Source of the DNA: Raillietiella orientalis
Lineage: Eukaryota
Assembly: GCA_036172245.1 (NCBI GenBank)
Contig: JAYWIR010000014.1
Span: forward strand, 4,402,001-4,455,083
Reading direction: 5' to 3'
Length of the DNA: 53,083 nucleotides
Below the pieces are notes generated by a model. The model was not told where the DNA came from. It saw nothing but the letters and a program-made list of their open reading frames with translations, and ran no database searches. Below are positions 36,870 through 49,152 of the stretch, in pieces. The stretch's first letter is position 1; each line of letters starts with the position of its first letter. A program made the position numbers and the translations under genes.

Positions 36870-39800
36870 TCGAGTCGCGGTCGCCCACTTGCTCCGCGCT
36901 GGCGGAGTGGCTGCTCGCCTCTCGGGTTGCCGACTTCTCGAAAGTTCCCCATCTTGAATGGGCGCCGAAGGGACATCCTCGCCGCGCCGATCCCGGTTCG
37001 TCGGAGGACCTCCTCCCCTCTCCCCGTACACATACACATACACACACTTTCCCCCGCCTGCTCTTCTGCCTACCGCCTAAACTGTCACGTTGCCCAGACG
37101 ACGGAGTGCTGCGACACGCCAGATCCCGAAAGCCTCCCCGTACTCTCTGGAAGTCCGGGAGGTAACGGCCGGATGGTAGTCGCCCGGACGAGGCCGGATG
37201 CCGGAGGCGCTCTCGCCTTCCCGCGAGTTGTGCGCGGCCGCCTGCGTTCCGAGGGAAGGCGGACGGACGCTGCATGAGGCAGAGGCGCCGGGTCGCCGCC
37301 GCCGCTCCGAGCGGTTCCCGCGGCCGCGCTCTCCTCATCCACCCGTGGTCTCGGCTAATGGTGAGCGTCTGCCGAGGACACGGGGTTTCAGACGTGGCAG
37401 CAGCTCTCGCCATTGTCAGCCAGCAGCAGCAGCCACGAGTCCAGGCGCGGCTGCCTCGACCTCGTGCGACCGCAAGCCAAGGGGCTCGTGACGGACTGCC
37501 TTCTGCAAGAGCAGTCTGCCTTAGAGCAGAGCCTTAGTTCGCATTGCTCCGATCCGGAAGCCTCTACCGATGCGTCTGCAGCCTCCCTCGTGGACAACCC
37601 TGGCCACGCATCCGGGGATCTCTCGCTCAGGCTGCATCCCATCGAGGGCGCAGTAGGAGGCGCTCTCTTCGGTATGGCAGGCCCCTCGCCGCAGGCGGGC
37701 AACATTCCCCCCCCCCCTCCCGCTCGCATTGGCGACCTTCGGCTGGCGGATCGGCGGCGAGGAGGCGCGACGAAGAGGCGTGGCTCGATGCCCCGGAGGC
37801 CACTCGGGAGCTCAAACGCGGAAGCAGGGAGTCAGAAGGACCGATCTCCTCCTCGCGTGGGTGCGGGCGCCGTTGGCGAACTGGCGGCACGCATCTGCGT
37901 CCTTACACGGCTGCGGCGAACGCATCTTCCGGCCGAGGCGCGCGCTCGTCTTCCTCCGGGCACTCAGAACCGTGTAGGGGTCCCGGACCGCCCTCCCCCC
38001 TCCTCCCTCAGGGAGTATCATAGCAGGTGGCGCTCTCCGCGGAGGGCAAGTCCCTTCCTCGTGCTGCTCCGCGCTCCCGCGTTCCTCCGTGACCTCGACA
38101 CCCCGGAAGACTTCCGGGATAAACACAGGAGCGAAGAAGGGCAGGACGGAAGCTCGATGTTTTCGAAGCCCAGGGGATCTCGGGAATGCGTAACTTTCCA
38201 CATCCGACCCATACCCTGCGGACAAAAACACGGGACCCCTTCCGAACGGAAAGACGCGGGCGAGCGCGCCGTTGCAGAATCTGCAAACCACGTCGGCGAC
38301 GAGGCCGCGGCCTTCGACTGTCCTGAGGGGGTTCCTTCGAGCGAGGGGACTCGTGACTCCCGAAGCCGTCAAGGGGGAAGACGAGCGTGTCGTTTCGCCT
38401 GGACGCTCGACACCACCCTCGGGGTCATTCGTAGCGTGACGTCGGATCGTCACTCGCCTTGCAAGAAGCACAGGCGCGCGCGCAGGGACCTCGCGGACAA
38501 GTGCGCGGCTCTCGGGAAGGCTGGTCACTGCGGGATGCGCGTCGGGGTCGAAACCTCCAGGGGGATACGAGGCTGCGCCCCCTCCCCTCTCCCTTGGGAG
38601 CTGAGAAAGCTGGTCTTATTCTCGACCACTGCCGGTGTTTCCTTCGAGCTGTTGCCCCTGCAGCAGCCTCGCAGGTTCCGCGTCATAACGCGAATCGCGA
38701 AAAGAAATGGTCGCAGGGGCGCTGAAGGTGGGGGCGCCAGTAACGGGTCGCAGAAGAATGAGCGGCACACTGTTACGTCTCCAGGCGTTCCACCGTGTGC
38801 TCTCAAGCAACGCTGCGGTCCCAGTGGTAAACTCGTCACTTGGTCATTTTAGGATTGCGCGGGGAAACCCAAGGGAGGGGATCTCCGCAGGTTCCCCCGT
38901 TTCCCCACGATCTGGCCAGCCCGGTCTTTCGTGGGCCGGTCGCGGCAGGCGTCCAAGAGTGCACCTGGGAATGGGGGCTGTTCCTTGTCGGAGTGAACCC
39001 CTGCCATGAGGGCTCGCCTCCACCGGACCGTCGACCTTCCCCGATAGGCTCAGGGTGCAGCCCGCTGCTTCCACCGCGTCAAGATCGCTGGCGCGATCGT
39101 TCCCTGGAGTTTCTACGAGGGGGTGGAAGGGGGAGGGGAGCTCTCCTTCCTGGCCGGCGCGCTGCACGGGACGGTCCACGACGCTATCTTCTCTCCGAGG
39201 TGGTCCGCGCACCATCTTCTTGCAGGGGACGTCCCCGTCCCTGCAGTCCCAGGACCGATGAAAATCACACCCGGTAGTGAGCCGACGAGCCCTCGGCATC
39301 CCGAGAGCGAAAGGAAAAGCTCGCACGGTTCCAGCGTTCTTCTCGTCTTTCGAGCTTCTCCCTCTGGAACGCCGCCCGTGTCTTCGAGTGGGCAACATAA
39401 GTGTGGAGGCTCCGTGGTCTCCCTCTTCTCAAGGAGAGGACCAGGTCGCATGGGTCGCAAAACGAGGCGCGCTGAGCAACCACGTGAACGTTCCTAACAA
39501 TGGTGAGCGCGCATCCGGAGATGTCCCCTCCCCCTGCGTGCGGATACCGCCAACAATGGCACGCAAGCCGACGCGGGCAAGGAGGCGAGCGCGCTCAGGG
39601 TGCAGAGGTTGGCCGGAGAGAGGCGAGGCAGCCGTGCGTACCTCGAGCACGCTCTGCGTGCCGCGCGGCACCTTCCCGAAACCGCAGAGGCTCCTTCCTG
39701 CCTTCCTTGGTTCGCGCACGAGGCTCCCGGATATGCATGGGGAACTTTCCCCTCTTGGATACGGCATTTCCCGACAAAAAAAAAGAAAAGCGCAGCATGG

Positions 39801-42553
39801 GACTCGTTTGCTATCCTTCTCTCTCTCCTTCCTCCCCCGCCCTCCTCCTCCTCCCTGTCCGCCACCGAGCTATCGCTAGCGGCATCCCTCAGTTCCCCCT
39901 CTTTCTCGGGAGCAGCTCACTGAGAGTGCTGGCTCCCGGATGGGGAGAGGAGTTCGAGGAGATCCCGCGGTCCGTTCGGCGGTCTGCACGCCTGCCCCAT
40001 GGAGAGGATCGGTGACTCCGCAACCCGTGTCTGCGCCCGTCGCTGGCGCACGAGACCCGCGCCACGGGCACGTGCGCAGGAAGCCGCCCAAACGCAGTTG
40101 GCATTGTTTTCTTTGGGGAGAGAAGCAGGAGCGGCGGGATCTTCGGTTGCCTCGGTTTCCTAGGAGACGACGTCTCCAAGCGCTCCCGCGGCCCATAAAA
40201 ACGGGATCATTGGCGTGCTGGAGGGCGGGGCGACCTCCCGCATATCGGGAAGAAGGGCAAGGGCTGGCGGTAGGAATAGCCCCCAGAGAGCTGGAGGGAG
40301 GGAAGAGGGTGGACCGGAAGCAGGGAAAGGGCACTTCGGAGAAGATGGTCGGACATCGACGGGGAGAGCTGACGACAAATGGCGTTCCTTCCTCCTCTCC
40401 CTTCGGGACTTCCGGACGTGGGCGCGTCCGGAACCTTCCTCTCCCAGACCTTTCCCTTCCTTTTGACTGCAGAAAGGAACGAGCGGATCTCCTGCACGGC
40501 CGCACCGACGGGTGAGTGCAACCAGGGAATGACGTCACTCTCCTCTGTGACGCGCGCAGGGGGGGGGGGGGGGGGAGGATCGATGTTCCTGCTCTCTCAC
40601 AGAGACTTCGTCAGGCTCACGGGAGCCGGAAGAGGGAGGGAAGGAGTGGGATCGGTCCCTGACTCGATGCGCTAAATGCGCCCCTTCCTCCCGGCCAAAT
40701 GGGAGTCCCTCCCCGCCTCTCACGCGCAGCATCCGCCCATTTCTCTCTCGGAGATTAGCAGCTGCCGCGTCGGAGGGACACATGCACCCATGGACCGCGA
40801 GAATGAGGAAAGTGGCGGCGGCGCCGGCGCCGGCGGCAGATCCCGGGCTTCGGACGGGCTCCCTGCCGGAAAGGGGCAGCCTCTGCGAGGGGGGGGGGAG
40901 GAAGAGGGCCACTACTCCTCCCTCCGCGGGATGCGAGCTCCCCCAATGGGGAGAAGGCCGTTCCCCGTCTCCCACGCTCTCCCAACAGCAGGGTGGGCTC
41001 TGAAGCGATGGGGCCACCAGGACCGACGGTCCCCACTCCCGGGGGGAGAGGGGGGAACAGGAAATGGACTGCACCCGCACCCCAGCGCTTCCCCACAAAA
41101 GGGGGATCCACCCACGCTACCTGCTCGCGTGGGCTCGCGCACTCGACAGGAAGACCGCAGGGAACCCCACAATTCCGAGAACGCGGCGGCCCCAGGCAAC
41201 AGATGCAGCTACTGGCACTCTCCAGGGATCCTCATCGTGCGGCTTTGCCCGCTGCTTCATCCTTCCCTCCCCAGTTGCCTCGAGGAAACCTTAGGGGGGG
41301 ATTCCCCCCCCCCCTTCCCCTCCCACACACATGTGGCAGGTGAGCTCCTGGAGCGGTGTCCCCCTCCGGATTCGTCGTCCCCACGGGACGATGCGCCCTC
41401 CGTAGAGAAGGGTAGGGGAACCGTCCTCCAGGAGGACTCCCTTGCCAGTCTTCCTCTCCCGAGCCCGGAAATAGGGAACTTCCCTGGACAGCGCGCCACT
41501 GCCCGGAGCAGGCGGCCCCACCGAGCGGCGCGCCCTCCCGCGGACAAGGAAGGAAGTTCTGGCCGGCAATCGGCGGCCTCTTTGCTTCCCTCTCCGCCTT
41601 CGGGAACGTCAAGGTCACCCTTCCCCTGCCTAATCCAGGAGCCGCTCGCAGGGCTTTCGTGGAAGAGGGGGCGCTCGGGGAGCTCAGCGCTAGGCGCTGT
41701 GTCCACGCGAACCGCTGCTTCCCGGCGGGCATGCAGGCGGGCCGGAGTACCTCCCCCTTGCAACTGACGGATCTCCCCATGCGGAATGGAGCATGGCGCC
41801 GCTTTATTAGGCGTGTGCACGGCGACGCAGAGGTGCACTTGACCGTGCCTCAGGAGGAAAATGGGGGGAGGGGGATTCGGGCAGGAAGTCGGAGGCGGCC
41901 CGAATGGCGGCAGCTTGCAGCGGGAGGCCCCGACGGTTCCGGAGCCACGGGCATTCGTCACTGCGAGCAGGAAAATTTTGATGGACGAGCGAGCGCTCTA
42001 CGGCGTGGACCTCCAACCCCGCTGCCGGCGCTACCTGCAAGGCCATTGTTGATAAACATCTATTTATAGACTTCCACCTCGGCAGCCAAACGGATCACGT
42101 GATGGCGTTCGGTACTTTTGGCCGGTGGTGCTCGGCTGGTGGTGCCACGCGAGTTTTTGCAGCCCTCGGGTCCGCTTCGTTTCGTTTGCGTGGCTTCCGA
42201 GGAACGAAAACCCGCGCGGTCGACATTGCGGTTCGCAGGTGCCTCGCGTTTACGCGGCACCACCACAAAAAAGCAAACCGACGGCGAGCCAGGAAAAAAA
42301 AAAAAAAAGGAGCTGAAAGCCGCAGCCAGTCGAGCAAGTCTCGACGAAAAGAACCAAAAACCACAAGGATTAGCGCTGTTGTTGTTTTTTTTCTTCGCCC
42401 CCCCCCCCCCCCCACTTTCCGCTGGGGATTCCAGGTCAGAGTAGCTGCCGCTTTCGGGTGCCAGCAAAAGAAGGTACGCATACGATGATGAAATATTCAT
42501 CTCATCATATGCGTACCGCCGCATCGTGCCCTGCATTGCGTACAAATACCTAC

Positions 42554-42832
42554 CTGTAGATTATGCGGAGAATCCCTTCGTGGTTGCTTCTTAATTGATC
42601 CATCAATTCATAGTACTAAAGTATGTGTTAATGAGAATGACAAGTTCCAGATATTTCACGCTGGTTTTTTTTTTTTTTTTTTTTTTCCGGTGTTTACTCC
42701 GAGATAAAAATCTCCGCTGATGGCAACCAACTTCGGCGCCCCGTCACTCAGCCGAGTCAGGTTGTACGCTGTACATCCAAGATACTTTTTTCTGTGCGTG
42801 CCCTCTTATCAAATTTCCATTCTTCTGCTAAC
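42554..42832 (-). other. Putative internal exon (mostly 5'UTR, possibly starting MDQLRSNHEGILRIIY) of a minus-strand gene
   Basis: On the - strand, acceptor ctctctgcttatctttcgctattAG| and donor CAG|GTAGGT bound a 279-bp AT-rich island in GC-rich DNA. ATG at 42603 is open to the donor (16 codons + 2 nt). Confidence 0.5.
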
Positions 42833-45800
42833 CTAATAGCGAAAGATAAGCAGAGAGTAACAGTTCATAGAAAATTGCTTTTAATATCCAAGGAGGAGAG
42901 TGACTGGGAGAGCAAACTGGAGTTCGGGATGAAGAAAGATGGAATGAAGTTTGCCCCGATGAACGCACAAATGAATGGCGCTGCTTTTCTAAGTATGGAA
43001 ACAAACAACAGCAAAAAAAAAAAAAAACACGAAAATATTCGAGAGCACGAGCATGTGTGAAACTGGCAACCTTGCCCGCGTTATCTGCCCGCACAATATT
43101 TCGGGACATAAGAGAAAAGAGTAACGCCGTGTCCCCAAGCCAATTGCATCCGCCCATCGCTCAGTTAAAAACCCGTTCAGGAAGGAACCGGGAATTCTTA
43201 CTCGATGAAAATGCGCGGTCCCAAGGAAATGAGGCGAAAGAAGTTGACAGTGATGAAAGCGAAATCTGTTCCTTGTCTTCTGCTCGTACGGAATATCTTC
43301 TGCCTCTTATGCGACCCTCGAGGATTTCACGGAGCCCGCGATCAACGAAGCGCGCACGGGGGGGGGGGGGGGGTGCTCTGGGATGCAGCGGTCCCGGCAC
43401 TCGCAGGGCATTTCTGACGCCGCGGGTGCTGCGAAGCACGGAACAGGCTCAACGGAACTTTCGCCCTCTCCTCGGGGGGCTCGCGCGCCGTCAACATGGC
43501 GCGCGCTCATCTGCGAATATCGGTTTCGCACGCGGGCGCGCGCGCCGACCACCAACTCTCCCTCGTGTTATCCACTTTTCTCCGCCCTCCAATAAAACCG
43601 TCAACAACAGCCCTCGCGCGCTGGAGGAAGGGTAGGCCAAGGAGGGGCGCGTGGCGACTCGCGAGAGCGAAGGAAAAAGCAGCAACGCGGAGCTGCTCGA
43701 ACAGATGAGGAGCGCGTGTGCTCTCCAGGGCACCCTGAACTCGCGGGCGGGCCGCCCTCGGCAGCTCTGAACTCCGGCACCGGGCCAAGTCGCCAGACGC
43801 CGCACGAAGGGCGGTGCAGGAGAGGGCCACCCGGAGGCCAAACCGCGGAACATCCGGCCGGTCGCTCCAGGCGGCTGGAGAGTCGCGGGCGGGCGGGCGG
43901 ACCGCAGGAGTCGCTGCAATCCCCGACATCCCTTCCTAGATCTACCGCCTCGCCGGGCTTAGCACCCGCGAGTAGGGCCGAGGTACTCTCTGGGCGTCGC
44001 GAGCTGTCCGCCGAAGCGGACGCGTGGCGCGAGAGGGTCTTCAGGGCCGCCCTCATTCCCCCTTGCATGAAACCTCTGCCATCGCCCTCCGAGACAGCTG
44101 GATCTGGAAAAGATCCGGCTATCTCGGGTTCCTCCTGCTGCCGCCGCAGTTTGCACCTCAGGGTGGACGCGCTAGCCGCTGCTGACCCATCGCTCTTCCG
44201 ATGAGGGAAAGGGTTCTTCGATGGCGACCTATCTTGTGGCCGCTACGCATGCGTGGTGCCTGGAGGCTACCGGACGGACCCACGGTCCTGCTGCGGCCTC
44301 GGGCAGCAAGCGGGAATGGGGCAGAGCCGAAGGCGTAAATCGTTCCAACGACTGCCCGCTGCGCCGGAGAAATTGCCTCTGGGAAGGGAACAGAGGAGGA
44401 TCGAGTCCTCATAGAGCCGGTGGGCCGGAGAGGACCGGGCAGGCAGAGAGACGGATCCCACGGAAGGGACGCGGCGATGCCCTCCGCGGGAACGCCAGCG
44501 ATCCCGGGATGGGCGATGCCTAAGGAAGGGAGGAGAAAACTGCAGCAGCCTCGACCGCGCTTCTGTCCCGTTGGCTTGGCGTCTCAGCGCAACCGGTGAT
44601 TGCCATGGTCTCCTCGCACCCCCGGCTCCCGCCAGGCACGACCGACTCTGCAACGCGTCTCTCTGGCGGGTGCGAGAACCTCCTCGGCTCGTGGACTGCT
44701 CTCGAGGGCTGTCCACGTTCAGGCTCGGTTGAAGAGGAAGTGGAAAAGTGACCTAGCGGGGGTGGAAGACGCCCATCTGGGCGGACGGGAGAGCCACTGG
44801 AACTCCGAGCCGGAGACCACGTCGTGAACTCCACCATCGAGGAGCGCCCGGGAGAGATGTGGTTCACCTCGGGCCCGTGAGGGAGCAGGAGAATCGATCC
44901 TTTTCCGCTCAGCATCCGGACCAAGGAAGGAGAAGACCCCGCCCCGGGAAGTTCCCTCGGTGCCGAGGAGCACGCGAGGCCCAGAATGGTCTTCCGAGTT
45001 GTCCGCGCAGCGCGGTTGAACCCGCTGCTCCCCCGCCTAACAGCGCCCACCAGCGCGGCGAGGTCCAGCAGAAGATGCAGGACAAACTCGGACTTCACGT
45101 GGTCGAGCACTGCGCCTGCCGTCACGCCATGAAGTGGGGAGCTCGTTGGGTCAAACGGAGGAGGCGGAGGGAGCCGACGGTCCCCGGACAGTCCGTTCCG
45201 GGCGATGACGCCGGACGGGAACCAGAATCGGCACGCCGCGGAGAGGGCATGGTGGTCAACCTTGGCGCGTCCTCCCGAACGTCCTGTGCGCGTCTCTAGG
45301 AGACGCAAGGCAGTTGGAGGAGGGCGAACGTCGTGGGTCGGCTTCCTTCCCTGCCTCGAAGGGGGTCGCTTCAAGGTCACAGCCGTGGGGTTCCTGCGAA
45401 CGAAATACTCGGGCCGTTGAGGGTGTTGAGGAAGGAGGTCATCTGCACGACCGCCCAGGACGCGAGAGACGCCTGCTGGAACCGCGCGACAGACCGCCGT
45501 CGACACGCCCCTGGAAGGGCGGTGGGTCAGCAGCTATTCGCAGCCATCCCCTGAGGTGCGACCAGCGGCGGCAGGAAGGGGGACGAAGGAACCGACTGGG
45601 GGCTTCGCTCTCCTTGTCGTCGGTCCGCTTCCAGGTATCTCGGATGGGCCCGCGGTCCTGCCGCGTCCTCAGGCATCAAGCGGAACGGGGCCACGCGCTG
45701 GGCGCCCTCGCTGTCCGCTTCTCCGGGACGGGAGCAGTGTCGGGGGCGGGAAGGAGGGAGGAGGCATTGCTCCGGACCAGACCGGAAGCGAAAGGGCGTT

Positions 45801-46627
45801 CGCGCGGTGTGTTCCCTCCCTCCGGAAGGGAAGGGGGAGAACACCCTCGCCTCTTCCTTCTTCCGGAGAAGCCCCGTCTGCGGCGAAGAGAACGAGGGAG
45901 GGAAAGATTCTCCCTCCCTCCACTCGGCAGCCAAGGTGGCAGCTGCGGCAGCTGGATGAGCGCGCCGCTGCCGCAGGAAACGCCCTCCAGCAGATGACTT
46001 CGGAGGTTCCGCAAGAGGAAAAGGAGAAGGGGGGCGATGGTAGGAAGCATAGCGAAGCGGCTGCAGGTGGCGCGAAGCCGTCGTCCGGAGGGGGAGATTC
46101 CGCGAGAAGGGAGAGCGTCTGGAAGTAGGGGGGGATACGGGGACGGGCCGGCACGGCTCGCCTCTCACCCCCCCTCGGTTTCGCACTCCCGAAAGATGGC
46201 TCAAGCTCCCAGTGCTTCTGCGCTGGGGACGGGTTCCTCCGCGCTGCCCTTCACTCTTGGTTTCCGGCGCGCGAGACGAAGAGCGTCCGAAGGGGCGACG
46301 CTCCCCGCTGCGCAAGCCCGGAGGCAGGAAGGGCGGGAGACGGGGAGCCGCAGGCGTGAGTGCGCACCCCCGTGCTGGGCGCCGCGCGACTCTCTCCGCC
46401 CGCTCGTTCGGCGCAGCCGCCGTCGCAGCCTGCGGGAAGGAGTCTCGAACGCGCGCCATGGGAATCCGAAGCCACCTGATCCCGTGAGCCGGTCGCGCGA
46501 GACGCGCGCGTGTGCGCCATGAGACGAACTTTGCCTGCTCACACGTGATTTCTCAGTGTCACGCATCGCACTCTCCCTTCACCTTCCCCTCCCTCTCTCT
46601 CTCGCTCTCTTTCGCCAGCAAATTTAC

Positions 46628-46740
46628 CATTTCTTTTTAATTTTTTTTCGAATGGTTGGTGTCTGTGAGTTCCAAGAGAGCTGCAAAAGCGGACGCAATG
46701 GGAACTGATTCGGGACATATCGGACATGGCGGCGGCCCTC
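46628..46740 (-). other. Putative first exon of a minus-strand gene
   Basis: Initiator-like TCAGTT (46708-46703), GCCGCCGCCATG (46736-46725, YY1/Kozak-like) and donor ATG|GTAAAT (GT at 46627). The 5' end is uncertain (about 46706-46740). Confidence 0.45.
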
Positions 46741-47021
46741 CACGAGCACATTGTTGCGTCTACGCGGCACGATCACGTGATTTCGCCGCGGATGCGCGAG
46801 GGGAAGAAGAAAGCAGGCAGGTTGGTGCCACATGCGCGGTCCTCAGGCGCAGGAGAAGTCGCAGTTCGCCAGGCGCGCCATATGCTCCGTCCAACGCACC
46901 GCGGACCGAGTTCGGAGACGCGCTCGCGTCTCCAAGGGAACCGGGACGGGAGAGTCGTTGCCTAAACGCGTAGCAGAAGAAGGCGGCGGGGGGAGGGGGT
47001 CGTCCGAATCGTGGCGCGAAA
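46741..47021 (-). promoter_or_regulatory. Promoter-like motif cluster
   Basis: Palindromic E-box ATCACGTGAT (46772-46781) and E2F consensus TTTCGCGCC on the - strand (47021-47013), in CpG-dense DNA directly upstream of the putative exon. Confidence 0.4.
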
Positions 47022-47602
47022 TAGAAAAACTCGAGAGCGAGTTTACCCGCTGCGTGCGCACGCTGCGCAGATCACCGCGAGCCAACCGGTGCTGGAGACT
47101 CGGCTATTTTTAAGAGAAGGAAAAATAAAAAAATGACAAAAAAAATGACAAAAAAAAAAAAAAAACGCGAGCAGATGCTGTTGCGCTTCGCGGGATGACA
47201 CGCCGACGGTGCAGGGAGAAGCGAAAGGAAAACGCAGGTTGGGCGAGAGAGACGCGCGCGGTTCCCATCCATCGGGAGCGCCATCTTCGTCCCTCCGGTT
47301 CTTGAGTTTCTCTTCATTCCTCACTGCTTAATTTCACTCCCGTAAAGAGGAAAACAGCAGCTACTACTAGGGGAGGGAGGGAGGGGAGGAGGGGGGGGGG
47401 CAGGGAAAATCTTGTTGTCTAGACAGTGCATTACAAATGCGGGCATTTTAATACACCGTTCCCCCGGGGAGGCTTCGTCCGGGTGGCTGCGAGTTGCGCG
47501 ACATTACGGAAAACGCAAATTGATGCAAGCAGCACTCGGAACGGAAATTTGCGAGCAGGCATGCAAGAAGTATGCACGCTTTCATACATGCGCGCGCTCG
47601 CA

Positions 47603-47628
47603 TGTGTGTGTGTGTGTGTGTGTGTGTG
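47603..47628. repeat. (TG)n microsatellite
   Basis: About 13 TG units. Confidence 0.9.
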
Positions 47629-48675
47629 TAATGACGTACGTTCTTACGTTCCGATTTCCAATGTACGTACCGCCGAAGCGTTCCATGGTCATCTCGAGCG
47701 AAAGGGACAAAAAAGAAGCTTTCCCACGAGCTTCCGCAGAAACGCACGGCACAAAAGGAGAGAAAAGGCGTTCGCGGAGGGACGGAACTCCCCGGGATTC
47801 ACTCACTCATGGGTCTCCCCCCTCCCCCTCCGCACATTCACGTGTGCTCGGATACCTGCAGTCATTTTTTTTTCCTTCTTCTTCTTTCATTTTGCGAGCA
47901 GCCTTTCGCCGCTGCAGCTCCCGAGAGCGGTCTCTGGGAATTGAAATTCGGTGCACGCGCGCATCTACGAGGATACGAAAGGTACTTTACGTGTCCTTCG
48001 GCAGCGTCACGCTACGTTCATGACATTGGCGCTCCTCGGATGGATGCGTCCCGTGAGCGTCGTCATCCCCGCTCCCGGCCCGGAGACCAACCCCGTGGCC
48101 GTGTGGCACAGAGAGAACTGGTGGCGATTCCCAACCGAGACTCGCCGACGGCGTCTCCAAGGCGCCTGCACAGATAACACGAGACGCACCGGTTTTCCCT
48201 TTCTTCATCGGGTTTTCCTCTTTTTCGGGTTCGCCGAGTACCTCGGGAACCGTCGCGCGACCTGGCGGCCCACGAAGCTCTTTGACGCTGCTCCGACCAC
48301 GCCGCCCGAGAGAGAGTGCGTGGCGGATCTCCCGATAGGTGCCGCTCCCCCGGAGGTGCAGTGGGGCGCAGCCGGTGCTCGACGAGCGCTCCCGTCCCTT
48401 CTGCCTCGCCTCTTCCGACGCCGTCCATGCGCACGCGCAAAGGCGAGCGACGTCCGGTTGTGGTCACCTTCTCTGCATCCAGACCTGGTTTCAACTTTGA
48501 ACTTCCCGTTCGTCTGGGTCGCTAATTGACTGACCATTTTTTCTGGTTGGTCGGCTCACGAAGCTCTTTGACGCTCTCCACACCTCCTGAAGGTCACTCT
48601 TCAATTTATAGGAGACATAGTTTCGGAGGGACCACCCTATGAATCCAGGAAGGAATGCGTTTCCTCTCACGCCTG

Positions 48676-48890
48676 GGGAGGGATCTCCGAAGGGAACCCT
48701 CTCCACTCTGGCTGTCTCCGGAGGGACTCCCGGTATGTAGGGCCGCTCCTGATTTCCTCTCCGGAGGGACTCCGCAAAGGAGCCTCTCCCTGTTTCCTCC
48801 TCCTACGAAGAGGACCCCGAAGTGACGCTTTCCAGTTTACTCTGGAGAGTCGCTCCCCAAGGGAGCAGCGCGCTTGTCGCTCTGGAGAGG
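48676..48890. repeat. Decayed tandem repeat, about 42-bp period
   Basis: TCTCCGGAGGGACTCC recurs exactly at 48715 and 48757. Looser GGAG(A/G)G..CTCCC..AAGGGA variants and CTCTGGAGAG (twice) continue at about 40-bp spacing. Confidence 0.55.
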
Positions 48891-49128
48891 CATCAACCAG
48901 ATCCATGGCGCGAGATGGACGGCTTTATTGTCACCACCAGAGGGGAACCCCCCGGAAAGGTCCTCGATTCCCGGAAGAAGCCCGGCCACTCATCGGGGCA
49001 CCCGGGTTTTACCAGCTTCTATCAGCGTCTCGCCCGATTATGGACCAACCACCGTCGTCCTGCGCGCTCGCGCGGGGGGGGGGGGGGATCGAAATTCACG
49101 ACGCGCCCATTTTCCTGGCGTCGATCCG

Positions 49129-49152
49129 TCCCCGGGCGGGATTCGAACCCGC
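49129..49152 (-). other. tRNA T-arm / Pol III B-box remnant (possible tRNA-derived SINE fragment)
   Basis: The - strand reads GCGGG-TTCGAAT-CCCGC (49152-49136), a perfect 5-bp stem with the canonical T-loop. No D-arm, anticodon arm or 5' acceptor strand was found. Confidence 0.45.

Noticed and set aside
37413..38852. 479-aa + strand ORF
   Set aside because: Non-ATG start, low-complexity composition and no recognisable family.
42436..42508. Box C/D snoRNA candidate on the - strand (ATGATGA ... CTGA, about 73 nt)
   Set aside because: No terminal stem, the C box is buried in the local hairpin, there is no room for a C' box, and any rRNA complementarity is short.
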